64,000 bases of DNA. Source: Schmidtea polychroa (lineage: Eukaryota). Below the pieces are notes generated by a model. That model was not told where the DNA came from. It saw only the letters and a program-made list of their open reading frames with translations, and ran no database searches. Of the stretch, positions 28,074 through 41,530 are shown in pieces. The first letter of the stretch is position 1. Each line of letters starts with the position of its first letter. Position numbers and translations under genes: made by a program. The stretch covers positions 11,658,001 through 11,722,000 of the forward strand of contig CM097885.1 of the NCBI GenBank assembly GCA_044892525.1, read 5' to 3'.

Positions 28074-28972
28074 ATTTTTGGTTTGATGTATTCGAGGAAA
28101 AAAAAAATTTGTAAAACATTCTTTTACTATTTAGTTGGAAAATTTGGGAAAATAGTTTTGAAAACTTTTTAAAATTTGAAAAATTTTGAGTTGGGAAATT
28201 TGGGGAATTTCATTTTTGGGACTTTTTAATTTTTGAAAAAATTTGAGTTGGGAAAATTGTTTTTGGGAATTTTTAAAATTTGGGAAATTTTTGAGTTGGG
28301 AAATTTATTTTGGGGATTGAAAATTTGTTGAAATGATCAATTTACAGTTTGAATAAAAATCAAAGTTTTTGACACTTGAGGGTAAGGACTCACCATACAT
28401 CTTTGAAGGTTTGACCATCACACTCTACTCTCAAATACCTTTTGAATGATGTATATATATTATAAAGTTTGAAAAAATTCGAAATTTTTTGACCCTTTGA
28501 AGGTGAAGGACTCACCATACACCTTTGATTGTATGACCATCATACTCACATCTCAATTACCTTTTGAATGACATGTATTATAGAGTTTGAAAAATTTCGA
28601 GGGTTTTGCACCTTTGAAGGTTAGGGATTCACCATACACCTTTGAAGGTATGATCATTGTACTCTACTCTCAAATATCTTTTGAATGATGTATATATTAT
28701 AGGGATACATGTTAAAAATAACTTGACCTACATATTTTTTATAAACTATATAGTCGTGACCTACTTAATTTGACTTATTTATTTATATAGTGTCCTGGAG
28801 GTAACATATATTTAAAGTAATTTGACCTACATATTTTAATACCTATATAGTCGTGACCTATATAATTTTAACTTGATCTACTTAATTTTAACTTGACCTA
28901 CTTATATATATGTGTCCTGGAGGTGACATGTCCTGGAGGTGACATGTCCTGGAGGTGACACATCTTACTACT
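27791..28972 (-). repeat. Right terminal inverted repeat of the Polinton
   Basis: Reverse complement of 20129-21317 apart from a few substitutions and small indels. Confidence 0.95.
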
Positions 28973-29083
28973 GAGAAATTTGCATGCAAAATGATTTCCA
29001 CATGGATAATAACAAATCTGACATCAAAAGACCCTGCACGAGATATCAAAATCACATTTGAAAGTAAGAAATGTATGATTATT

Positions 29084-29114
<31 letters not shown>

Positions 29115-29163
29115 AAAGTGAGTTTGAAGACTATAAATCAGTAATATATCTATGTTTATTGAT

Positions 29164-29200
29164 ACTCACGAATTTTCGGCACTGCCTTTTTCAAGTGAAT
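29164..29200 (-). ncRNA. Second copy of the U3-A8 hammerhead-like motif, inside a fold-back repeat (~29113-29330)
   Basis: Minus strand reads ATTCACTTGAAAAAGGCAGTGCCGAAAATTCGTGAGT. Confidence 0.55.
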
Positions 29201-29581
29201 TGTCACTTGATTATCAACAAACATCGATATATTACTGATTTATAGTCTTCAAGCTCTCTTTTTAATAAATTCAATGGAAAAAATAATCAGTGGTGAAATT
29301 GTAAGAAATAAAAGTTCTTATAATAATATATATATATATATATATATCTGAGGTTGTATATAAAATACATGAATTATGTTTTTTTAATGAAACTGTCTCA
29401 ATCAATAAAATATTTTTACCATTTCATTAAAAAGTATTAATTAATTTTTTGTTTTGAAATTTTTCAATACTTATATATACCCGAAATTTAAATGAGTTTA
29501 TCACAAAAAACTAGACTCTCATACAAAACATTGCCGATTCGTAATATGAAAATCGTAAGTGCTTCCATAGAATTAACAAAC

Positions 29582-29665
29582 CTTGAATTCACTAACGTTT
29601 CTATAACGTATCCATTCCTGCTTTTCTTCAATCTTATACTTGATATAATAATATGATGCTGACTT
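29582..29665 (-). CDS. DDR-like receptor exon (discoidin domain, Y.I.Y...W..Y segment)
   Basis: 84-bp exon KSASYYYIKYKIEEKQEWIRYRNVSEFK bounded by tttag and gtttgt; phase 0/0; fills the expected gap in the domain. Confidence 0.8.
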
Positions 29666-29711
29666 CTAAATTTTAATTGTAAACAAAATATTTATAAATG
29701 TAAATATTTAC

Positions 29712-29850
29712 ATAGCCATGCCGACTTAGACCCTTTGTCATGATCATCTTTAAAACATAGATTGATCCTAAGTCGATTGATATGAATTCTTTGGTAGTAT
29801 TGTGAACCTTGTATTTAGGACACCATGCTTTCTCTATTAAAGACGAATCT
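29712..29850 (-). CDS. DDR-like receptor exon (discoidin domain, AWCP...FISIDLG...TKG)
   Basis: (R)DSSLIEKAWCPKYKVHNTTKEFISIDLGSIYVLKMIMTKGLSRHGY; tttttag acceptor and gtaaat donor; 46-bp intron to the next exon. Confidence 0.85.
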
Positions 29851-30767
29851 CTAAAAATATAGATAAATAAATAATAGAAGTAACAATCATTTATTAACCA
29901 CAAAATATTGGTGTAAAAATTTTTTTAATATTAACCAACCAATTTTGTTTCTGAATCTAGCGTTTCTCAGAATAATTTAATTGGTTAAGAACGTTTTAAA
30001 TCTAAAAGACAGATTTGCTGAAAGAGGGGTTATTTCTTTGATAAAGAAGAGCTTCAAAATTAGAAATATTTGAAACAGTTTTTAATAATATAATGAATAG
30101 CAGATGATCGAGTGCTAATGGGATTTATACGATTCTAATAAGTATTGTATAAAGGTTACTGTAAGTTTCATTTGTGTATCTTTGGTATACGGATTATTAA
30201 AAGCAGTATCATCATGTTGGAAAGATATGCAAAAATATCACTTTGTGATGAATAATATCACGATTTCATTTTGAGTAATTTTAACTGTAAATTCTTTAAT
30301 TTGGTCTGTGTAGGACGAAAAATGTCACAATAACATAAAAATTATTAAATATTGTAAATTTCAAAAATAATCGGTTATTAAAAATAGAATGCGAAATTTT
30401 GTAAAGTGTTATTGGAGAGTTATTAAAAATTAAATTGTAAAATTGCATGAAAAAACATTTTAGTGATTTGTTTTATCAATGCATTCAATTTTAATCACAA
30501 TCCTATTTGATGATATTGAAATTATAGTTAAAATTAATTTTCTTTAATACTGATGACTAATGACAATGGAAATAAATTTTGTAGTGGAATATATTTTACT
30601 TCATAAATTTTAGCATAAATTCTGAAATAAATAAATGCAATATTATTGTAATATTTCGTAGATTTGTCTATTTTTTTTTCCTTTTTTTAAAGTAAGTAAT
30701 TTTAACTTAATTAAGAAATTATTTTAAAATTAATTTAAAATTAAAAATAATTATTATAATTAAAATG

Positions 30768-30965
30768 ACGATTTCTTGGTAGCAGCATTTATTATTTAAA
30801 ACAATAAAATGATAATTTAAGCCTTTTGCTGCAAATAATGTATTTAATGAAAACATTTTCGACTATAAGATAGCCCTTGTCAATCTATCTTATAGTCGAA
30901 AATTTTTTCATTAAATACATTATTTGCAGCAAAAGGCTTAAATTATCATTTTATTGTTTTAAATT
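30768..30965. repeat. Fold-back (hairpin) dispersed repeat; related copies at ~4780-4962 and ~15075-15212
   Basis: ~75-bp inverted arms (AAAACAATAAAATGATAATTTAAGCCTTTTGCTGCAAATAATG...) around a GACTAT-CTT-ATAGTC core. Confidence 0.8.
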
Positions 30966-31623
30966 ATTATAATTATTATAAAATATTGTTAGAGTTAAAT
31001 TTGATTTATTAAGTGAATTTAATTCTTTCTTTTAATAATGAATATGAAATTATTTTAGAAAGTCTTCAAAATAATATGATTACATTACATTATTATACTA
31101 ATAGGACTTATTTTTTTATGACACTTAATAATATATATTATTTTCCTTTCATTTCTAGTTATAATGAAGTCATTATAGCTTAAGGATAAAATGGAGTTAT
31201 TAGGTTTTCTAAGGAGAAACTCATAAATTAAGAGGCATTAATTGAGATTGACTTTTTATATTCTGAGAATGAAAATTGGCTATTTGCCCAGATGGAGTCC
31301 AGATTCTATTATTGATGCAAATCTAAATTTCTTTTTATTTTAATCCAAAATAAAGATACATTCTTCTTTTGTTCTAAATTTAATATATTTATCATGATTC
31401 TATTTTGTTTTAATCAGTCGTTAAATGTATTATTTACTATTATTAATATGTTATAATGACTTTTTTAACATTTTTACAAATAGATTTTTGTAATTTTTAA
31501 TTTATTATTATTAATAATTTTTTTCATTTAATCAAAATTTGAAACCAATAAAAAGGCAGAAAATGAATTTAAACAAAGATCAAAAAAGACTTATCTTATT
31601 ATTTATTTTTTTAATACTATTAC

Positions 31624-31774
<151 letters not shown>

Positions 31775-33257
31775 TTTATTTTTTTTATTATTTATTGCAC
31801 TTAATATTAGTCAAAAATACGAATATCATAAATTAAATATTTTGAAACGTCAAAAAGTAAAAATAAGACAGCGGGATGTTATAAAGACTCTTCTTGAGCG
31901 TAATCATAGAAACGTTGCCTACTCAATAAATTCAATTACCTTCACCCTAGAGGCGAATTTCTTGATTATAATTATCAACTGACCAATGATTAAATACCGA
32001 CTTTCTTGAAACGAAACCGAAAATTTACCGGTCTAATATTATAATTTAATTGTTTTAATTTTTGTAGTAAAACGAAAACAAAAACTAATTTTTTTTATCT
32101 ATTTATGTATTGATCGGTGGCAGTGAATTTCACAATATGGATCAATAATTGTTTTGATAGAGGATATGGAGGAATTAGGGAATGTAAGAAGCTTAAAAGT
32201 GTGTAAAGAAACTGACATAAGAAAGAGATGTGGAAGGGCGAGGTAGAAGAGGGAGAAAAATTGAAAAATTAATCATAATATTATAAATATATTTTTATTA
32301 TTTTAAATTTAATTACAAAATATTTATTTTAGTTCATTTAATATATTTTTATTTTCAAAATGCTTTTATTTATTAAAATGATTTAATCGAGTGCAATTCT
32401 TAATATATTTTAATATTTTACAAATCGAAATCACGTATACAATATATTTAGACAGATTCACCGGCATCCAGAAAAAATGAAAAAACTATAAAAACTAAAA
32501 AATTGATCATTCGAAAAAATTATTATATATCTTGAAAATCATAAAATAGATAATTAATTAATGTTCAAAAACTTTACATAAACTTTATTTTTAAATTATT
32601 TTAAATATTTTAGTACTTCTTATGTCTGTTTTATTTTTTTGATAATATTTTAATTATTTTCATTCTGACAAATGATCCAAAATTAATTCTTATCAACACA
32701 AATTTTAGGATTTTTCTTTAACAAGTGTTATTTAAATTATTAACTTACTTTTATTAGTGTTTATTAGTGAATTTCAAATTCTTGTTAGATCATATTCTTA
32801 TCTGGTTTATCTATCAAAACGTGATAGGCACAATTTCAATTATAACGGAATTTTTACTCGTCATCTCCGTTTAGAAGTTTTTGATCACTGTCGATTGAAG
32901 GGATTAACAATACGGGATTAAACAGTAGTGTATATGCAAAGAAGAATGAGTTTGTGTTTGTATTGTCGTACTTGAAGTGGTATATGGAAAACTAATATGC
33001 AAAATGATGTCAACATGTGTGTTTTGAATGTTTTGTATAAAAATATTGTAATGTTAAATTCAAATAATTTGATTGCTTTGTAAAAATAATCCATTTATTA
33101 TATTTAATAGAAAACGGTTTATTTAAGTTTTTATATTAAGTTTTTAAAATTAATTAATTATTTGGTTTATGATTTTTATAAATTTTTCGAATATCAATTT
33201 TCAATATATATTTTTTCTTTCTTCATGATGATGTTCGAGTAAAGTTGTTAATATTTA

Positions 33258-33308
<51 letters not shown>

Positions 33309-35552
33309 TACAAGTTGATAATAATTCTATGCTTTAAATCTGTCTAAATTGAATGTTAGAAAATTTCTGATTTTTTCTTTGAAATAAATGAGTATCAATG
33401 ATTAAAGCACAAAAACTACTTTGAGGTCTAAAAGTTATTTTATGAGTTTAATGAAAACAAATTGTTTGTTAGCAAAATTATTTCAAAATAAAGAACAAAT
33501 ATTTAATTAAAAGAAAATTCAAAGTTTTGCTGTTGAAAATCAAAATCAAGTAATCTTAAAACACAAAACTGTATGAAAAAGAGATAATTTAGAATTAAAA
33601 GGATTAATGTTTGTTTTTTCCATATTATACAATTTAGTGGTAGCATTTTTCATTTTGGACTATAAACTATGATAAAATATTTATACATTCAACTTTTATT
33701 GAAAATGACAGTCAATATGTGTAAATATAGCGTAAAGAAATATATTTCTACAAGTTGGTTCATGTGTTTTAATGAAGAAGTTATGCAATTCAACTAAATT
33801 TTTAAATTACTTTATAAACCGCCTGCAAACAATTTGCATTATTAATAATATTAACAAATAATATGTAAAATATTTTGAAAATCCATTAAATATTTCTACT
33901 TGAATAAACGAAATTTTTTAAATGCTTTACTTATTTTTGGCAAGAAATGTTTGTTTTTGTAATTTAAAAAAAACATTTATATTTTGTTAATAGGCGTTTA
34001 TGGATGACTTGAATAAAACAAATGTTGAATGTGAAATCTTCCAAAATCTTTCGTAAGCAACACCAAAAATATATATAAAAAATAAAAAATAATAAAAATG
34101 GTAACTAAAACTATAATAAAATTGTTTTTTAAGTTAGGCTTTATTTAAACAATTAATTAAATAGAAGTTTTTGAGTTACTATTTCTTACAAAATAAACAT
34201 ATTAAATAATTTACAATCATTCATATAATTTTAATATTAAATAATCTTCTTAAAAATAATAAATAAAAATATTTATCAGAAATATTTACAAATATTTACA
34301 AAATTTAGTAAAACACTTGCAATGGCTGTACAGAAAGTTTGTGTTAAATCAAAAATTAAACAAATTATAATCTGAAAGCTATGGCAATAAATAAATATGT
34401 AAAACATTAAAAAGTTAATCATTGAAAAAGTTTCGATAAAATTCTTGTTTTCATATGTAATTTATGGCGAAGTTCTTGTTTCATTAAAGTTAAATATGAA
34501 AAGCCAATTTTGAGCATCAATGTTATGGGGAAGGGTAAATATATTTGTATTGTTTTCCTAGCCAAGGTTTTGTATTTATTCGAAAACTTATCAAAGATCC
34601 TTTGGCAAATTAGGTTTGTAGATAGTTGATTGAATAACATTTAACTAGAACTAAATATTAGGATCATTTGTCGTCTTTTTAAATTTAAACCTTCAACTTT
34701 TAAATCTAAATTTATAATTTTTGCAAATTTTTACACAAAAATTCTCATGAAATACTTGATAACAATTGGACTAAAGTAGCAGTTTTAAAAGGTTTTTTTA
34801 CACAGGCCTATGCTTTATGGGACGCCTTCAAACTTCAAAAGTATTCGGCACCAAGAAACGTGCTAGATACTAACTTTTGACATTTTCATAAAATTACTAT
34901 CTATATTTCATTTTTTTGTATTTATTTTCAAAACGTTTAAATCTACATTTTAAATATAATTTTTTTTAATATTTTGTTTAATTATGTTTAACATAATATG
35001 AATGTCCGAAACTTATTTATTAGGCTTAACAAATGCATGACTAAGGTAATTAAAATTCGTTTTGCTATTTGTTGATTGTTAATACGAATGATATTTGTAT
35101 AAATGTTTTGGTTAATTTAATAATTAATGTTTTGTTTAAATAAATAGTTATTTTTTAAATTAATTTATTAATTATTTTATAATTTAATAATTGTTTTAAT
35201 AATTTATCTTCTAGAATTAAAAATTAAAAATATGAAAAATTTTATTTCAGAATTGTATTTAATATTTTTACGTATTATTATTTTTATTTATTTATTTTAA
35301 AATGCAAAAATATATTTTCGGAATATTTAACGATAAATTAATCTAATTTAATTATAAAATATCATCTTTCTTTTTTGCGACTATAGATCAATGTATTTTC
35401 ATAAATACAGAGTTTCAACTAAATATAAAATATTTTCCATTAAATATTTAAAAATTTAAGATAAAATATACATTAAAAATGATAAATAATACATTAAATA
35501 TACATTAATATATTACGTAACTAACATTTCTATAAATAAATTTTTTTGTACC

Positions 35553-36360
35553 ATGAACGAAGAAAAATCAAGAAAAGTTAAGAAAACAGTAAAGAAAGAT
35601 GTTTTAAAATCAGTAAGGGAATCCATTAATAAGCAATTGAAACATAAAGAAATAGCAGAAGAGGTAAAGTTTTCACTTAGTTGCCCAATAATGTTGAGTG
35701 AAAAAATCTTTAAGAACTTTTCGGTTGATGATAAACTATCAAGGAAAAGAGGAAGACTGACTAGAATGGATCAGAAAATTGTAAACGAGATTCGAATGAT
35801 CATTGAAAGTGATCCTTCAAACACCCTGAAATGTATTTCTGATCATTTGATGTCGCATAATATAACATAAATATATATTTTACCATAAAAATGCTTTCTA
35901 TAGTGCCTAATGAGAGAAATATAGCCAATTAACAATTTATGGCAAGCGTGTTGTAGACGCTTGAATAACATTCCATATAGTAATTTAATGCTTTTGGATG
36001 AAACAGGAGGATTCAGTCTGAATAAGAAAAAGCATTATGGTTATTCCCACGAAAATATGAAATGTTTTGTAACTCTTCCTGCTAATTGAGGGGAAACTTA
36101 AAGTCTCGTCATTGCAATTATTAATATTGGAGTAATTGCACATGAAACGCGTGAAGAAACATTTGACAGGAATCTATTTATTGCCTTCAGTACCAAACTT
36201 TTCAAAATTTACATTGAGCAAAATTAGCAAGATATCTTAGTCATGGACAATGTAGTCTTTAATCATCGAAAAAATATTAGCTCTACGTTTTTATCGCCAT
36301 ATTCTACTCAATTAAATCCCATTGAAGAATATATCAGTCATTTTAAGGTTACGTTTATGG
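35553..36360 (+). pseudogene. Decayed IS630/Tc1-like DDE transposase
   Basis: HTH-like ORF 35553-35870, then frameshifted LLDETG, ILVMDN and FLSPYSTQLNPIEE motifs. Confidence 0.75.
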
Positions 36361-36789
36361 AAAAATCGCAAGTTTAATCCATAATGAAGTCACTTCGTTC
36401 GAAGGTTGGTATAGGCACATGCGAATGTGACTTGAGAAACGAATCAACCGAGATTGGGTTTGCAAAGAATCTTTATTGATCGGTTGTTTTAAAGGCAGTA
36501 CCAGAAAAAAGCTGGCGTGGCCAACTCTGGAATTGAAACTAAAGGATTGGATTCTATAGAAAGGAAAACCAATAAAAGAATAATTACATTCAACAATCTG
36601 CGAAATAAAGCCATTGAAATAGCTAAATCATTAGATATTTTAGACTTTATTGGAAGTAATGGATAGATTACCAATTTTTTATCAATAAATGGATTTTCAT
36701 CAAGAGAAATCACAAGTATTGGTCAAGAAGATAGCCGAGATCCATTGGAAATCAAAGCCATTGCCCAAGAGCCTGTTGGTTCAAATCCC

Positions 36790-37495
36790 GTGTGCTCAAC
36801 GTGTCAATCGCGATCAACTGGTAGATCGGCAAGAATCCCGAGAAAATTTATATTTGATAACGTTTTTTAAATCTTTTCATTTGTTAACGTTGTTAAAATT
36901 ATGTATTTTACGAAAAAATTTCAACAATTTCAACAAAGGTTTGTGGACTTTGAAAAACTTCGTCCAATCACATAGTTTTTATTAACACCAATTTCTAAAA
37001 TCAATATCGAAAATATAGCTGTACTAATCGGAGAAGAATTTAGTATGAACGTAGGGAGCTTGGAAATGGAATTAATTGAACTACAATGCGATATTAGCTT
37101 GAAATTGGTTGATCAACTTGAAATATGGAAGTTTATTACGATTGAGAAATATCCTCTATTAAAAGATGTTTATCTTAGAGTCCATTCCTGTTTCGCATCC
37201 ACATATTTATGCGAATCGTCATTTTCGCATATGAATTATATTAAATCTAAATATCGTACACGTATAACTAAAAATCATCTTGACGACTGCTTATGTTTAG
37301 CTGTCAGTAATTACTCAAAAATAGTTGATAATATTGAATGTCAACCATCTCATTAAATAAAGGTTTTTTTTAAATGTTAACTTTTTTTTGTTTATTTTTT
37401 ATTAAATTTTACTAAAATGCTAAGTATTTGCATTTAGTCGATCGCCATTTGTTCAGAAAAAAATGTAGCTCTCAAGTTCGCAAAGGTTGGGCATC
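36790..37495 (+). mobile_element. hAT (Charlie/GTF2IRD2-like) transposon remnant with hATC dimerisation domain
   Basis: ORF 37045-37356 contains YPLLK...FASTYLCESSFSHMNYIKSKYRTRIT..HL. Boundaries approximate. Confidence 0.8.
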
Positions 37496-38806
37496 AGAAA
37501 AAGATGACTTTTCTATTTCCAGCACTATTATCGAAGAAAATAAATATAATAAAAAAATTTAATGATGTGTTTGCTTGTGTTTATTTTATAACTTTTAGCA
37601 AATAAATATTTATGTACTCGAGAATAAGACCATGTTCTTTTTCTCGAATTCGCAATTATTGAAAAAAGGTCCAAAAATTTATGTTTTATGGGTGGTCTTA
37701 CTTTCGAGAAAATCCGGTAAATGATTTTATAAATCACTTTTCAACTGAACCCCAAATTCGGCTTTTTGTAAATTATAAATAGTTATATTCTTTATATTTA
37801 TTGCAAAAATGTTTTATAATTTATAAAATGTCTTTTTCCATTTCCAATTTAATTTAATTATTATTTTATTATTTAAAAATAAATTATAATAAATTTATAA
37901 ATTTTTATAATAAAAATTGTTAAATTTTGGAAAAATAGTTTATGGAGGTCGTTCAGACGTTAGTCATATAAGTCATAAGTTGACGACTGACTGTAAATTA
38001 AATGAGATAAAGTGACATTGTTTAAATGATGCATAGATAAGTAAATGACAGGCTTCATGAATCCGTTGAAAGATTATTTTCATCATTTATATCGCTTTTT
38101 AAATTTTCTGAAAAACCTTTATCAAAATTTTTCGAGCTATCAAAAACTATTATGCCCAATCAGTTATATTTCCAAGATATTTTTCAGTTTTTTATTGTTT
38201 TATTAGGCCAATATTTCGTTGAAAACGCAATTTTTTCAAGAGAAGTCTAATGACATAATGACCATAATAAATTATTTGTTTTAATTGCTAACATTTTTAA
38301 ATTAAAATCCAAACAATATTAAAACTCATTATTTAAATATTTGTGAAAAATTAAGTTTACTCAATCCTTTAAATAATTAATGGAATTAATTTTAACCAAC
38401 TCTCTTGTTTATGTATTTTATATAATTTCATGAATTAGAATTTGCTCCTGCCGTAATGGGGGGTGCTATTTGCTTTTGACAGAACAAATAGAAATAGTAT
38501 ATAAAATCCACAGATCACTATAGATTCAGAGAATTGAAAATAGTTTAATTCTAGATAAAATCTCAATGAAATTTTTGAAATTTGTTTATAGAAAAAACTC
38601 AATATTTTACTGTGAAATATTTTTAATTGAACTATTTATATTTATATTTTTTTTAAATTTTTTTTTAATAAAATTAGTTTTTAAAATATTTTAAATTAAC
38701 TCATAATTATTGTAAAATAATTACTGTTATTTATTTCTTTTATCTTTTTTTTTAGACTATAGATCAGTGATTCATAACCACTCGGTTTAGTAGATTGTTC
38801 ATTATT

Positions 38807-38887
<81 letters not shown>

Positions 38888-39120
38888 ACATTTATTCCTT
38901 TCTCCATCACCAGTCATCTATCCAAAATATTTATTGGTGAGGGGAGAAAAGGAATAAGTGCGTCATTTATTTGTGTTGATATTTTTGGTTTTTATTTTTT
39001 AATGATAATATGTTATACTTATTCACATTCTGTCTTCAATCCTGTTATTTGATATCAAATTAATGAACTGCCAACACTATAGATTTATTGACACATCATT
39101 TTACAACTCAAAATATAATA

Positions 39121-39349
39121 CACTCATACCTCGCTATACGGCTGCTCTTTATACGGCTTTTCGCTATAACGGCCTACTTTAATTACGGCACTTTTTCGAT
39201 TTACGGCCTAAAATGTTTCGTTATACGGCCAAAACAAGTGTGAAATTTATATGGAATTGTATCAAAATGTATTTGATTCGTTATGCGGCGTTTCGCTTTG
39301 CGGCCAACTTTCCTGGAACGTATCTAGGCCGTAAAGCGAGGTATGAGTG
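39121..39349. mobile_element. Tc1/mariner-pogo-type MITE
   Basis: TIR CACTCATACCTCGCT.TACGGC / GCCGTAAAGCGAGGTATGAGTG; TA on both sides; internal TACGGC repeats. Confidence 0.85.
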
Positions 39350-40831
39350 TACTGAGATTCAAAATTTGTGAATAAATTGTGTGTAACTACAGTACTACGT
39401 CGTGTATGCAAACAAATACACACTGGCTATGAAATTCAATAGTGAGACGATGCTGTTAATGGAATAATGGAATAAATAACGGTTTGCTTAAATCTACACT
39501 TAATAACGTAAAATAATAATTTCTCATTAATTTCTTTAATCAGTAATTTTAATTTAAAAGTAAATAAAATCTGATTATAATATCTCTAAGAAAGGGTTCA
39601 TAATAAACAACATTTTCTCAAATATTTTCTATTTATTAAAACTCGATCATCGGTTCATTTACATGTGAGGCGTAAGTTTGAATTATTAATTCGTCATTAA
39701 ATCCAAATATATAATAATGATGTAAAAGACCAATATAAGATAAATATGATCTTTTATACATAAACTTATGTACTCAAACTGATTTCTTATTTTTTTTTGT
39801 ATCTTTACTTTCATAAAAGCTTAATTGGGTCCAATACCTTTCCACGCTCATAAAATATTTGTACTTTACTGGCAAAGAACTGATCCAGATGATTTTTACC
39901 TCCTCATTTCAAGTAAAGGTTTTACCGCCTAGAAACATTCATGTCTCCCCTATAATTTTTTTTGAATTTTTGTTTTGACTCGAGGAAACCTGAGGATCCA
40001 CAGAACATAGTTTGAAGACTACTGTATTAAAATAATAAACTATATCATCCTTTAGAGTACAACACACTTTATACCGAATATTTTCAAGTTTTTAAATACT
40101 TCCCTCAAAATGTTCCCAAGAACTATCATTAAGTTGGCATTTTCAATAGTTTTACAATTCAAAATATATTTATTAAGTAACCCTTTCATAATTTGTAAAA
40201 GGTTTCATTTCTTTATTAAAACTTTCAAAAGGATTTAAATTGTTTCAGAAATTTCCATTATTTTCACTGGGAATAATATCTGTAGAATTAGATTCGTATT
40301 GAAGGCTACAATATTTAGTATTTCCTTTGAAGCATTGACCATTAAACTTTCCAAATCCATAACACTTATTATTACAGCATTCAATGTCTTTCGAATTAGA
40401 TCAAATATGTCGTGATAATTAATATAGGTTACTATTTGCAAATCACTTCATAAATAGCAATAGGTCCAAAGGTATATGGCACAGTGTTTACTGAAGACAA
40501 CTTGGGAGAAAGTAGAACATTTATCATGGTCCATCACCATTTTTCACTTAAGAATATTGAAGCATAATACACCAAAGAGTTCCTTCAGTGGAAACTCTAT
40601 AGTTCTCCTTTTTGTATTTGTATAATTAACAATAATTGTATATGTTGTCATTTCATAATAAACTTGACTTTATTGAACCCTCAAGTGAAGGTTATGTAAG
40701 GATCATAAAAAGGCTTGTTGTGGAACACAGTAAGCACTATGGTTAATTGGATGAAGATAATTAACTGTATTTATTATTATTTAAAAAACATTGTAAATTA
40801 GAAAATAGAAATTATAATCAAAACCAATTAC

Positions 40832-40937
40832 CTTGCGTATTTCGGTTCATAATCTATTTCAAAGCTTGAAACGACGAATGCATCATCAGGGACATTTGTA
40901 CGGTTAGTTAAAAGTTTCTGGTAACAGCTATCTTTAT
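40832..40937 (-). CDS. DDR-like receptor exon (start of discoidin domain)
   Basis: KDSCYQKLLTNRTNVPDDAFVVSSFEIDYEPKYAR matches C..L....IPD....SS....P..AR; cttag acceptor and gtaatt donor; phase-2 end joins the 29850 exon. Confidence 0.8.
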
Positions 40938-41032
40938 CTAAGCAAAAATAAAATAATTTTTCTCAATGCAATTTGTATTATAATTTTACTTTATTTATTT
41001 ATATATTATTATTTTTATTAATATATAATTAC

Positions 41033-41164
<132 letters not shown>

Positions 41165-41530
41165 CGAATCCATAATTTATTTTTTTAAAAATAGTTTTTT
41201 CGAGGCCGTAAGAAATTTAAATGTTTATCACATTAAAAGTAGATTTTAGACGTTAAAAAATATTTAGATGGCAGAACGTGTGTTAATTTTAAAAAATGAA
41301 TTTTCTGTATTTTAGCAGGTAAATATGCAATTAAAGAATGAGTCCTTAAAATTCTCTCGAGAATATAATTGCACTTGCGGTTCTTTCAGATTTGTCTTTT
41401 CAAAAAAATTAATTATTTGCAAGCATAAAATTTTAATTTCGACAATTTTTATTTCATATAATTTTTTAAATTCTTATTAATTTTATTAGAATTATTTATT
41501 TGTTCTTATTGCATTATTGTTATTAATTAA

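Noticed and set aside
38765..40024. Possible hAT element with CAGTG...TACTG ends
   Set aside because: TIR match is weak and no 8-bp TSD is visible.
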